A stretch of 63,621 nucleotides of DNA, filler included, from Bipalium vagum (Eukaryota): assembly GCA_037834085.1 (NCBI GenBank). It is 3 parts of 3 records of this genome, joined end to end, with 100 filler letters (N's around TTAATTAATTAA, not from the genome) between each part and the next. Parts side by side here need not be neighbours in the genome. Positions count along the whole stretch, not along the records: positions 15,824 to 46,938 come from JBBMKC010259935.1; 2 more parts are not named here. One strand, given 5' to 3'. Of the stretch, positions 25,601-40,200 are shown in pieces. The first letter of the stretch is position 1. The number at the start of each line of letters is the position of its first letter. Below the pieces are notes generated by a model, which saw only the letters and a program-made list of their open reading frames with translations, did no database searches and was not told the DNA's origin. A program made the translations under genes and the position numbers.

Positions 25601-28184
25601 TAATCTGAGATATTGGCGGCCATGGAAGCATTACGATACCGGATTTTTCCAGAGCGATTTTCGGGATAATTATGATATGTGGCTTGCATTATCGTGCATC
25701 AGGCCTGGTTTTTCGAACAACAAGGTAAAACCCGCAACGTCTAAAATCTTTTCAACGCATCGCTGAGCATTCAAAATGCCATCAATAAAAATCAATCTAG
25801 ATCGAAAACCATAACCGATAGCACCCCAAAATATAACACTGCCCAACCACAGCGGTCATGCTGTGTAATGTACTCTTCATTAAACTTCTCAGAGATCTGG
25901 CGATGCACTCAAACTTTTCCATCATGAAAGTCTAGGTTAAAGTGTGATTCATCTAAAAGCACAATATCTTCATGTTAATCCTAGACCACACATTGCGTAA
26001 TATACCGTAAAAATTGAAATTGTCTTATCCGATTTATTTACCAGACCTCTCACCTACTGATTGTTTATTCAAACATTTGGATGTGTTCTTTAGCGAAAAA
26101 ACTTCCTCAATTATGATGTTGTCATCATTCTGTAACCTCTAGAACTCCAGATTTTTATCGAATCGGAATAAATAAAATTGTGACTCGCCGGGAGAAATGT
26201 GTACAGTATAATAATTTCTATCTTGATACATTAAATTTTGTCTCAGCTGTGATTTGTTTATTTAAAGTTCAATGTTAACAGCCGCCTTATATTTCTTTAC
26301 AACCTAATAGTAAGGGATTTGTTGCCAAAATAAAAAGAAACTCTCATCAAATCTTTAATAAAATGAGTAAAAACTGGACAGAAAACAAATTCGTCGAAGC
26401 TTAAAGAAATAGTTAAAGTTACAAAATTATAAAGTAATGTTCTCTTTAGGTAACAACGAGATCGCACCACAAGAACGCATGGCAATTACATCATACCGAA
26501 TGCGTCGTATAATCGCGGAAATAAATGCACAAATATAAAAATTATTTTTATAAAGTCAAATTTTATTGAAAACTAAATGGAAACATATTTTTTACATGGT
26601 ACATACAGAAAACAATTATTCAATAAGGCCTCCATCAGCATCAATTACAGCCTGAACCCTGGACCTGAATCTGAAGCAAGATATGAAAATGTACTCTTCA
26701 GACAAATTGCTCCATGCCCTTCTCGCAACGCTTAAAAGTCCGCGATTATACGACGCCAACGGAATAAGACAAAGCCGGTTGTCATAGCTGACGACTATCT
26801 CCTGGATACCGTCACTGTGAACTCCAATATTCATGAGAAAAATAATACTGTTTTATGATCAACTATGGACATCATTCGTTTTGAGCTAACAAAACATGGT
26901 GAATCAAAATGTTACATGTGTTGTGTCCAGTCTTGGATCTCCTACTATTAACTCATCATTATTAAATATTATTAATTATTAATTATTAATAATAAATTTA
27001 AACATGCAATTTATTATTTTCAGAGTCTTCTAAAAAAGAAATTGCTGCTTCGACGGTGAATATTTCCAGTTTCAACAAGTCCTTGATCAAAACCACAAAG
27101 GGTATTTCTTATTTGCCTCATGAAGATACCTGTGATCTTTTAATATTAATATTGATATTTAATATTTAAGAGAAAGACTTTCGTCTACATTCAAAAGATA
27201 AGTCAAATTAAGGCGGTTTTTACCGAATTAAGATCATAGACTTCCTGATTGAAGACAAGATATACAAACTAGTCTTAAGTAAATCATTCATATAAGGTCG
27301 ACAAATTGCTGACTCCGAAGGGTTCTCGTAGTCCTAGTGAAGGAGATAGTGAAATTAGAGTGATGCCTTGGTCGTTTTCTTAACTGTTAATATTTTTTTG
27401 AAAAAATATGCTATTCTAAACGGACTTTTAATCAGCCATGAAACCGCGATTTCTGGTCATGGACCTTCATAAAGGTTTTAGGCTAACATCTTTCACCATT
27501 TATCATCACATGAGTTCTCAAATATCTTTCAGCGTAGGTCACTCAATAGATCAGTTAAAAGAGTCATTAAAATAAATATAATATTTCAAATCATAAAATA
27601 TAATTTTTGTACGTTTCCCTTATAATGGAATTTTAAACATCAAGCCTCAAGCCATAAAAAAAATGAAAATGTCAATATTAGAGCTAAGCTTCCGAAACCA
27701 ATGTCTCCGGAAATAAAACCCCCACGATCCCAAAGCAATTTAGGCGCAATATACAAGGGTGCCCCGTTAAATCACCAAACGGAACAAGTGTCAAAATCTC
27801 GGGGACGTTCGGTTGAAAAACCAAAATCAAATGATGTCGTCGATTACATACCAAGTATAATATGAATTGTTTCTCTGACAATGACTTTGTTTTCCGTGAA
27901 GGACCCAGAACAGTTGAAAGAACAAAGTCCTCTGGTAAACATTCAAAAACTGACCGATTGCCAAACACCAAAGCCAAGAAAGACCTCACGACGTCTGTGG
28001 TAAGCGTATTTCTCAATGTTTTATACAGTCGTCACTTAACATGAATTCATTCCGAAAATGATTTTTTAACATCCATGTCAGAAAGACCATCCAAAATGTT
28101 CTAAAATATTTCTTGGAAAGAATCAATAATATAAAATAAATTTATTAAAAATCCATAAAATATAAAAAGCATATTACTACTACC

Positions 28185-28243
<59 letters not shown>

Positions 28244-31200
28244 TTACATCAATAGTAATTTAACGAGTAATAAAATAAAATATAATGATAATAATAATAA
28301 ATATAATAATATAATAAATAATAAAATAAATCTATTAAAATAAAATAATAAATATTTTAACATAATAACATAATAACATAATAAAATAATAAAATAATAA
28401 AATAATAAAATAATAAAATAAATATAATAATAATATAATAACAATAATAAAATAAGGAGACATATAATCTTTTTATAAATAATAAAACGGACTTTATTTT
28501 CGTCACCAGTTGTTTTTAACCTTAGATACAACCTTAATGTTTGGTTGTTTTTATACGTTATTTTTAAGATACGTTTTCTTAATTAAAGACCATATTGTCA
28601 TTTCGTTTAATAATAATAAAATCAGAACAAAAGGCTTGGTGATGGAAGTTAAAAATTCTTATTACTGAAAATGTGAATTTCTGAAATGAAAAGTGGATAA
28701 TAAAAGAGAAATTGCTAAGAAAAAATTGCATCCTTTGAAAATGCAGGCAATTAAATTTCTGAAAGCCCCCGGTCTCAAACATTGACTAAAGAGTCCCAGG
28801 CCTTTGATCAAGAATAAAATCTGTTGAGTATCAATCATCATCCTTTTATAATGTATAAGGTACATTCCCATCACATCTCCCGAAGTCTTTGAAGAAATTT
28901 CATTATTGAAAATAAAGTCTGTCTGATCGGAGAAGAGACAAATTTCACCGTTGATTTATTAAACTGGAGATGAAGAGAAAAAGAATAAAGAAAAGTTTTC
29001 ACAACGGATCTGTGTTGTATGAAACGTACCAGTGCTTTATTTATTTTTCTCAAAACGGCGTAAAAAAAATGGGCAATTTTTTAGGGAAAATAATAATTAA
29101 TAACGAAACTCCAGAAAAAAAGTTGTCCAGGATGTTTGCTTTGTTGAAATGATTTGAGTGTGTGGGAGATTCAAAATAAATTTGTTACGAGTTTATTTAT
29201 GTTGAGTACAAATATAACATTTCCACCAACGTATTTTTATACTGATGTTAATTATTAAGGTTTTCATGAACTTTATCAAGGATATTGCAGTAGACAAAAT
29301 GCCATGGTAATGTTATGGTCTGGCCTAGTTTGAGAAACTCAAAGTATATTAGATCAGACATGAAACACCAGAAACTTACTTAATATATAAATCAAGGTGA
29401 TCCAACTTAAATGATTATGATTTCTGGTATAATGAAGACTCATACACATTTCTGGTTGAAGAAACGAGTAGAAGTTATATAATATGAGATTTGAAAATTC
29501 GAGAGATTTAGTCTAAACGCAAAGAATGTAATTTCTGATAGTCGCGATCTGAAAAAGAGTATAGATTTAAGATTTTTTAAAAAGAATATTTACTTTTGTT
29601 AGAAGGCTGTTTTGTGCTAATTCTGAAGAAATATGGATTATTAAAGAAATTAAGTTTTAATTAAATGATACACCTTCAAATTTCTTGGTTGGGTCGGTTC
29701 CTAAAAAGAAATCAGCAGAAACTAAGTTCGTTGATTACTAAGTACCCATTGATCTCTATAGAATTCAATTCTGTGAAGACATAAAAAATCTTTCTTACGG
29801 ATTTGAAACTTGAATACAATATTCAGAAGGAATATCGATAAAAGTATTTTAATATTTGTTTTGCTAAGCAATACAGTTAGAAAAGGATATAGAAGTATTA
29901 AAAGATTGAAATCTCCAATTCATTATCTTACAGTTGTGAAAACAATAAATTTATCATTTAAACCAATTTTTTTCACAATTTTAGAATAAAAAATGAGAGT
30001 CTTGAAATAATTTATGATAATAATGAATTGGTAGATTTTAATAATGAAGAGATCTGACCATATAAATTAAAGAAATAAATTATGGAACCAAAGGAGAAGG
30101 TAAATCAAAATCAATAGATTTAAAGTTGTTTATTTCAGAATTAACTTTAAATCTCGAATCAGAATAGAAATCAATAAAAAAATTGATAATGATAAACATA
30201 AATATAATTTTTTATCAAGACATTGTGATCCAACTATTTACTTGAAACAGAAAATTACGCAGGGCTACAATGAAATAAATGAGTACATTCCAGTTTGACC
30301 AATAGAATTTTCTTTTTTTTATAGAGACCTCAAAAATATCTTAAATAGGCATTATATCACCCGAAACCTATATCATTGCCTAGTCAAACAATCATATAAA
30401 ATCTTTCAGTTCCTTTTTCTGTTACCTTAATAAAATTTAAAGAGTCCACAGTGATACAACGAATACCTTTCAATGAGTTTGGAGAAAAGTCAAAATCAAA
30501 ATGCAATGGTATTGAGTGCGCGGTATCCAGGTTTAGAAAATGAAAATAAATTAAAAAGGAAATATTTGACCCAACCAAACAATTCTCAACATGTAATGAA
30601 AACGTTAAAAGAAGACCTCGTTATCTTAAAGAATTTTCTTAATTCTCAGAAGAAACCGCACAGTTAAATCATTAGAGAGTCAACTATTATTTATTTTTTT
30701 TTATAAATAATTTAGGTTTTATTATTTCTTCGTTTTCCTGAAAATAATTGTTAGTCATTTTATAATATCTTATTAAGATATAATATTTCTTTATTGTCAA
30801 AATATAAATAATGAAATATTTATTTCAAAATTCTGCAATCTTTCGCTAAAAGCCAGAAATTATATATTTTATATTTTTATTTATAAAAAATTCCACAAAA
30901 AATAATATTTCATAATAATAATTATTATTAAAAAGGTTGACCTTTAAAGAAAACATAATCAGAAATAAACTAATTTTAGGTAAAAGAGAAAAAACAGAAA
31001 AAGTCGGAGAAATATTCTTCAAAAGATAATCTGATTCTCCCCGATAAGGAAGCTGATATAAAATCACCAGAGGGGTCGAGTATTTGTAAAACCGATGGAA
31101 ACAAAAAGAATGAGGTCAGGTTTAAAGGAACGGCAAATGTCGAAGACAAAAACCTCGTCCTTTCTACTCAAACATCATCATCGATAGAACGTAGAGCTGC

Positions 31201-34200
31201 CTCCACCAGCAACTTAACGGACGATGAGTATAAGCAAAGACTTGCTTTACAACGAAAGTTGGCGAAGGAAAAGAAACGACTGGAAATGGAAAAACAGTAA
31301 ATGGCTTAGATTGCTTTATGTTTTTTAAAATACTTTTTATTTTGCTATTTATAAATTCTGACTGGCTGAAAAAGCTTTAAAGCTTAAAATTTTGTTCCTT
31401 TAAACATTTCACAACCGAAAATAATATATTTATAGTATCTACAGTTTTCAAGCATTACTGAACACGAGCTCTATCTTTCATAAATGTATCACATAAAAGA
31501 AAGAATACTTACACTATTAATATTAATGAAAAAACAAAATATTTTTAGAGAACTGTCTAGAAAGACCGATTTACCTATACAAGACCAAGGCAATGAAGCG
31601 CACCTTGAAAGTAGCACCACTCAAGGCGATATTTCGGAGACCTCTGACAATCACGCAGAAGAGATAAAGATTGATGTAACAAATGTCTGCCAAATAAATA
31701 TCAAGGACACAGCCTCAACGGATAAGAGTGATATTTCACTAGAAGAAAAATACTCCAGTGCTCCGAAAGACGATGATAAGCCAGCCATAGCAAAGTTAGA
31801 GGTAAAAATTTCAATTGCATAAAAATATTATCAATATTATACAATATAAATAATAAAAAATATAAATTATATTATAAACATAAATAATAATAAAAAATGG
31901 TCATCTACAAATCATTAGTGTACTGAACTAGTTCAATTGTTAAAATTATTAAGGTAGTAGGAAAATAATGTGAGATCTTAACATTCAACTTTAAACTCAA
32001 ATAAGTCCAGTCTGAACAAGTTCTATTAGTTTAAGTAACAAACCATTGGTTCTACACATGCTTGCCAATTGAAATAACCTTACCTATCCTGATCACAGAA
32101 AATTCCGACGACGATTTTATTGTTGATGAAGTCGATTTCATCTTTTCTGTTGACCAAGGCCAGACTAAGAATTTTAGATTTCATGGCGAGTAAGTCCACT
32201 GAAATTGTTTGGCCCACACCGATAAATTTGTATTGAATTATTCTTTCACCATATTACCAAACAGCTAAAATGAACATTTTTAGTGAACTTCTGGTTTGGA
32301 TTTAACGCAATCAACAAATTCAATTTGTCATTGCTATTTAATTTTCATGACGTCTGCTTCATTCAACATCAGCAGGTTCTCATCGCCACCTCAAAAACGT
32401 TGAAACCATCGACGTATGGTACTCTCATTCAATACTCCGTTGTCGAATGCGCCATTGATATTTACCGATCTTAGTTGTTTTTGATCCATATTTGAATTTT
32501 TCATTAAAATGTTTTAATATTATAACAAATATGTACATTGAAATACAATTAGGTACCATTTGATATACAACTATTTAAAAGATTTCGTATTTCATTTAAT
32601 AAAGTTCATTTGAACTTAATTTGTTTGTGTTTAAAGTTAAATATCAAAATCGAATACATTTTCCCGACTCACCGACTAATTAGCTGTAAAGGTATTCCAT
32701 GAAAAAACTGATAAAAATGTCACAATTTTTTCAGTTGTTGAAAATTAAAGGGTGAGCGGGGTTTAATGTTGCGTTTTGTAATTAATTCTCCTGGAAATCT
32801 CACAGGTTTATTTTATTTCATTTGTTTTACTTTATCATTTTAAATATCTGTACTTAGTTAATTGGTAGTCAGTTTTTAAATGTTATCAATATGAAAACGT
32901 CTGAAGAAAATGCAATTAGAACTGTTGGATTTTTTAAAAATTAAAAACTGAAGATCGGAAAATAACAATTAAATACTTTAAATAGGAAGGATGAAAGTTA
33001 AGAATTATCTAACGAGTTTTAAAACGTTATGCTGATACTGGCGAAATGAATTACTCAGAAATAATGGTTCGAAACCATCCGTGTTGAATAATATTCAATA
33101 CCCATTATAAATCGAATCCTCAATGGGTAAACCGAGACCTCAACAAAAACGTGTACATCTAACTTCGTAGAAATTACAAATTCCCAGGTCCGCAATATCA
33201 GATGCAAAGATTGAGTGGTTAAAGTCTAATTTAACTTTTTAAAAATTATGTTACGATGAAATCACCATTAATAAATAAGATCAAAGTAACCTAAATTACT
33301 TAGTAATAACAATCATGGGTTTCTTAATAGGTTCCATAAACTCTTCAATATATTCTTCCCTATATCGATCTTTAAATGTAAACTCGTCAATATGCTTGTG
33401 TAAATAATTACCATTTCTTTGGAATTTTCTTCTTAAAGTTTGCTTTAAGATAATCCATAAACGAGATGTGTATGAATATTATAGCAAAAAAGAAAACCTG
33501 TGAAATAATAAATGTGAAAGATAAGAAAAAACATGCAAAAAATCACTTAGAAAATCTTACAAAATTCCCGTTCCTTTAGTTGGTGGGAAATTCTTTGTAA
33601 TTGATGATGAGACTTGGTATTGGGTTGATCCAAGTCAAATATCAGGTAGTTGAGGACTTCAATATTGTCGATGATGACTAAATTCATATTGATGCTGAAA
33701 CAAAACGAAAATCAAAGTTTCATCCTAATTATGTGCCAAAAAATTTCGCAAGATGGTCAAGTATCTGAACCCTATATCACTGAGAGTACTATCAACAAGG
33801 CAATTTATCCAGAAAAATGCTTCAAGAAGCGTCTGGAACCTTTTATAATCAAACTAAAACAAGATCCTGATATTATTTTCTGGGCTGAAATGGCGAGTTC
33901 ACATTATTCACAAGTTGTTTGCGATTACTCTGATGAACAAAAAATCAATTATGTTAAAAGGTATAAAAACGCTCCTGTTGTGCCTAATCGACGACCTATT
34001 GGAACATTCTGGGCTTTGTGCAAGAAAACTACAAACAGAGTTTGTGATCTTATTCGTAAATCTAAGAATGTTTGGTTGAAAATTTCAAGAGAGAGCAGGA
34101 AAAAGGGGTGTTAGGTTATTCACAAACTTGAAACGTAATCTGTATAAAGGGGATCATAAAGGTCTGTAGATTCGTGTTGGTGTAATAAATTTTATTCTTG

Positions 34201-37200
34201 TTCTTGAGGATGCAGAAATATTTCGTTTGGGATCTTCTGTAGTTTTTGCAGTAGACTAATTTAAAAAAATGTAACATTAAACCCCTTTTTTAATTATGTA
34301 AAAAATTTTTTAAAAATATAAAATAAATAAAAAATATTCTCAAAAATTTACTTCAAATAATAAAGTCACCAATATATTTCGTCTATCAATATATTTCCGA
34401 TCTTGCGAAGGTCTTCCTCATGTCCATGTTACATTCACAGCACGAATTAATCAATTTCATTATATATTATGGAAAAGCGGTCGGGCGACTTCAAAAGAAG
34501 GACAAAAAATAAAAGTTTTACATTTTGCCTTGTTGTATAATCGTGTCCTCATCAACAATCTCAATTCCCTTTTAAGATAAAAGCAAGACAGACTATTTTT
34601 AATCAAATTTTCTCTCTTAATCTCTAATTGAAAAACAGTACGAGAAAGTGATGAATCCTACGACGTTTGGAATAACGGACCGATCATCGTTGAGATCTTC
34701 CAGACGAGCAGAATAATCTAATTTCCAGTCTTAGGCTACAAGACGTCTTGTAATAAAATCGTGATAATGGAAGTGTTTCACAATACTTCGATACTTTCGA
34801 AGGATATCTTGCCCATTTTGTCGAGGCTGGGTAACCATTGGATAAAAAATATTAATAAAATATTAATATGATTATATATGAATAAAATGTGAAAATAATA
34901 TAAATAATGTGGAAAAATATTGACCGAAAGGTTAACTATTGTGAAACCTGAATGGCACCCCTTGTGAAATACGTGGTCTTTTATTGATATGAAATTTTAT
35001 TTCTGTAATTAATACAAATTGTTATATATAATGAAAAAAGCATTCCAACGAAAACGAATTGTTGAAAAGGGGATAAAATCCGTAATTTATCCTCCTTAAA
35101 TATCTCTGCCTGATTAAAGTCACTGTGGGAACAGTGGGCAAAATTGGCAGTCCTCCCTGAACGAAATTAAACGGAGCTTTCAGTGAGACTTTTATAAGTT
35201 GGTCTGTCCATACAATTTTGTCAGAATTCTAATGAAGAATTATTTTATATATTTTTATATTATTTTTTAAAATGTTTTTAATGCTATTTAATTAAGTTTT
35301 AATAGTTAATATTATTTTATAAATAAATTTATTTTATTTATCACTAACGACCTTTATTAATTTATTGTCTCTTATTTAAATTTATAAATCCATATAATAA
35401 TGTTACTATTGATTTCTATTACTATTTTTATTAGTATTATTATTATTGTTATTATTATTTTATTTTAATTAATAAAAAAAATAAATAAATTATTATTATT
35501 ATATTTAATTATTTAATTATTTAATCGTTTTATAATTTTATTATATTTTATTTATTATAATATATTATATATATATATCATATTTTTATTATATTGTTAT
35601 TATTATTGTTATTAATATTAATATTTTTTATTAATATTATTTAATTAATATTTAATTATTATTATATTTAATTACTATTATTATTATTATTATTATATTT
35701 AATTATTTAATTATTATTATTATATTTAATTATTATTATTGTAGAGATAATTATACAAACCTAAATTATTTATCAAAATCATCTTTTTGATAAAAAGTTG
35801 AAACATAATGTATTATTTATTTATAAAAATATAAATTCTTAAATTGTCATTTATATAAAAAAAATGAAAAATGAAAGACATTATTCCAAGTAACCAAATA
35901 TAATATAATCACAATTTGGATTAAAATTTTTTATTACCATTACGTCTATTCTCTTTCGTGGACCTGCAGAAATAACAGGGCCTTTGACACATTTCCTTTC
36001 TCATTGAGGGCGAGAAACACCGGCGTTTAGTATACTCTGAGGCTCTAATCCGAAGTAAACCTTCGTTTATGGTCTGGATTAATTCCTTTGGCGATTTCCT
36101 TTAAGAAAGCGGTTTTCAGAGAGTGTTTATTTCATAGTGAGAAAATAAATCAGAAAAACATTTAGGTGGAAAAATTACAATGACTTTCCAATTGTACTCT
36201 GATTATTGGCGCTATAAATGATTTATTTGAAGTTTCCATATCCTTAATAGCAAATTGTCATTTGGTTGTAAAAGGCTGGAGGAATGTTGATATTGTTGTT
36301 CGAAGTCTTTAAAATATTATCCCAATGTTTTATGACACCCATTGTTCTGTGTCATCTGATGGTTCAGAGTTTGGTAGGTACACGGCTCTGAGAACTATTC
36401 GTAACATGTTGTAAATATTCATTGAATCCTGATAACCTTTACTTTTACTTAAATTTTTTCCTTTCTCTAATTTTCTTAAACCACACACCCTTTCTGCTAT
36501 TCTGGTGTATTAAGCCCGCACCTTGAGATTTATTTTTAATATTTCTTATTTTGGCAGTTTTTTGAACTGTTACTTGTATTTTTTTTCTTCTGATACTATT
36601 TTTTCATCTGCAGCTCCATCTGGGTTTTCATATTGAAACGCGTGATTTAATATTTTTGCTTTATTTTTAAATTTTGTTTGGAAATTTCCCTACAGTGTCC
36701 GGTAAGCCAAAAACACCTAGGGTTACATTTCAAAATTGATCAGTTTATATTGATACCTTTTCTGATACAAAATTGACCATATTCTTTATGGAGATTATTT
36801 TTTTGACTCTGTATACTGATGACCCCTGTGTAGACAGCTATCTTTCAACTTCGTTTCGGTAAACTGATAGTCCACTAATCATCACAAAAGTTAACTCTGG
36901 ATTTGTATGACAAAAGTTTCTAGAAATTTCAGCAATTGTGTATCGAATTTCCTCTTTTAGGCCATCAATAATTGGGGGCTTGTTGATATTTGCGAAATAT
37001 CGCCAATAAATATGAAAGATAATTTAAAACGTTCGTCCTTTCTCAAACAGCATAAAAAATATGTGACAACATTTTATAATCATTCGATTATTTATGTTCA
37101 GAACATTATTTCTAAGCGACACACTTTAAACAAGTATGAAACGAGGTCAATTGATACTTTTCGATAGTCTTCTGTAGAGTAAGAAAAGTATTGGATCGAG

Positions 37201-40200
37201 TCTGGAGTTAAGAATAACAATTGTCACACTCATTTTACTTTTAGTTTTATATTTGAGAAGCAATTTTAATCATTAAATTCATATTACTATCCAAATCCCA
37301 TGTATAGAATACCGACAGTTCCAAGCCGGAAATGGCTGCGTCAACAGAAGGTTTAGATCGATTGGAAAGGAAAAAACGTCTTGATTCCATCATGAGCAGA
37401 ATTAAAAAACCAATGGGAGGTTCATCGGAGAATGTTACAACTCAACAAAGGGCTACTACACTTCAAGATATGATGAACAAGGGTTATTTGAGTGGAATGT
37501 CAAAGGCTGCAGCGATTCTAATGAGAAACTCTCATCAATCATCAGGTTATTATTACTTTATTTTTAGAACAAAAATTATTATTCTTTTAAATATTTATGC
37601 TAAAAGCCTTGAAACTACTTCGTCACTAATATTATTGTTGCTTCTTCTTTTTACAAGAAAACAATTGAACACCTTATTCACACTTTATATATTTTATTAC
37701 AATAAAACAATAATGGCCACACACACAACGATCGTAACACTATATCAGAAACTATGCACACTCAAATTAACAATAATATTATCAAATAATGTCAACGTAA
37801 TGATCGAATTTTATTAAATCAAAGTTAAATTCAATATATGGTCGACTCAGACATCAATAACAATAAAAGTTATTACAATCACTTAATCGATATAAAAGAG
37901 AAATAAATCAATTTAAGTATTATTATTAATTAATATTAATTAATAATAATTATAATATTAATTAATAATAAAATATTAAGACATAAATTAAAAAACAAAT
38001 GGTACAAAAAGAAACTTTTGAAAAATAAATAACCAGAGAGAAAAAAAGATCTTTGGGTAGTCAGTTAGATCCACTTTGTTCTCCTAAAGATGGCCAAACG
38101 ACACAGGACTCATTTACAATTTATCATCAAATGTATAGAAGAAGAAGTTGCCTTCAATAATTCTTCTGACTTAATTGGGAACGGTTCCAACAAATTACAA
38201 GTCAATTATTAGATCTAGTTTTTCTGACAAAATTTTCCACATCAACCAATATCTTCTCATAAAAAAAATATCTAAGCAAAACAAAATAAACAACAAAAAT
38301 ACCATTATTCTCTATTTAATTTCGTATTATGTACCGTTGGGCAACTCTGTTCAGCTGACGTTTGTTTATACAGTTGATTTTACAGCGGCCGACCAATCCT
38401 ATCGTCCGCTGCTAAGTTTTTCAAAAAATCCAGAACATCCCAAAATCTCCAAAATTCTTATTAATTCCTCTTCAGATTTGATTTATCAAAATTCTTTTAA
38501 GAGGAAAGACTAAGTTATTATTAAAGTTTTTATGAAAGTTATTATTATTATTATTATTATTATTTTTTATTTATGATTTACATTGTTAGAATTAGTATTT
38601 GGAAAATATATTTAGAAAATTATAATTTCTTTCTTTTAATTATTCTACCTGTCGCTTTGTGGTTCTTTTTTTATAATTCCACAGTTCGGTGTAATGTAAG
38701 ACTTAAAAATAATTATTACGAATTGGTTTGTAAAGAAAATAGCTTTCGATTAAATTTATAACAGAGAATTGTAAGAGACAAAGTACACTAAATATGTGTA
38801 AAGTTCATTTAAAAAGTACATTTGATAAAAGTACAAAAAATATCTTTATAATTTTAAATATATATTGACTGAGATATTATATTATTATATCAACTTCATA
38901 CGTTTCATATTTTCATAATCCATTTTTCGTCTCCAGTAACTATGTCGCGCATAAACAACTAACGGTGTCTATTGAGAAAATAAACACCGTTGTTGGATTG
39001 GCGAAGATTATATAGAATCCTTTTTTTCTTTTTGGATCTTAACAATATCATTATATAATAAAAATTTAGATAATTTATTACTAGACCTGATGTAATGATA
39101 TCACAGAATAATGATCACATCAGCTATATATTTTCACCATGTGTACTTTTCAGGTTTGATAAAATATCACATCAGATATATTTATAAATATTTGTCTTTA
39201 GCAGACAGGACTTAATATTTGAGAACGATTAGCGGTACCTTACCCCCTTTGTCAACAATGAATTAATCGGAGCGATGTTTCTATTGATTTTATTAAAAGG
39301 CTTCGAGTTAAGTCGTTTTAGGATAGTGACCCATTACCTCCTCTCATCATACTGTGATCCGTGCCAAAAAATTAACCAGACACAGATTAGTGTTTACCTT
39401 TCTATTTGCTGACGAGGGATTTTAATGAAAGACTTTCAAGCTATTTTTGAGGATAATTACAAAATATGTCGTTATTGTTTCATCGCAAAGAAAAGCCAAC
39501 AAAATTAATTTATTTCTGCAGTTATGTATGATCAGTGATTGATCGCTATCATCTGGCGAAAAGTCTTTATTGAGCCAGAATGCGGAAAAGATTATTCCCA
39601 TTCATCAGACCAGCTTTCCCATACTGAAATATCATATAATAGCTAGGAAATCAGATCAATTAAAAAAGATCAGTCAATCATCTCAATTAAATCGTTGTCG
39701 CTTTAAAATAAATAATATAATATCTTTTTTTAATAAAAAAAGTTGTCTACCAAATGACAATTTTCCAATCTGCAATACTTTAAAATTCGGTCTTGTCAAA
39801 ACCTCGTCAAAACTAAAAAACCTTCATTGACGGCTTAAGAAATCAATAAACAATTTTTAAAAATTAATAAATATATTTTAAAATAAATAAATAATATTTA
39901 AAAATTAATAAATAAATTTTAAAATAAATAAATAATTTTTAAAAATAAATAAATAATATAATGTAAAGACTGTCCATGATGAAAAGTGGTCGATTACAAA
40001 CTGTGATAACTTTTGAATAAGTCGCTATAATACGATTATTTTTATAAATTAAATTTATTTAAGATTAAATTTTTTTAACATTATATTATATTATATAAAG
40101 GTGAAATGTCGCATTTTAAAATATGTCTACTAAAAGAACTATTGAAGAATAAAAACAAAATATTTTGGATTTTCAAGAATAAGAATAAATTTTATAAAAT

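Noticed and set aside
28244-28531. Hydrophobic 'membrane protein' ORFs (also 24124-24306 and 51448-51675)
   Set aside because: Translations of AT microsatellites.
37546-37817. C-terminal hydrophobic part of ORF 37332-37817
   Set aside because: Intron read-through after the donor at 37546.
39409-39440. CTGACGA...GAAA as an intact hammerhead core
   Set aside because: The intervening GGGATTTTAAT cannot form stem II.
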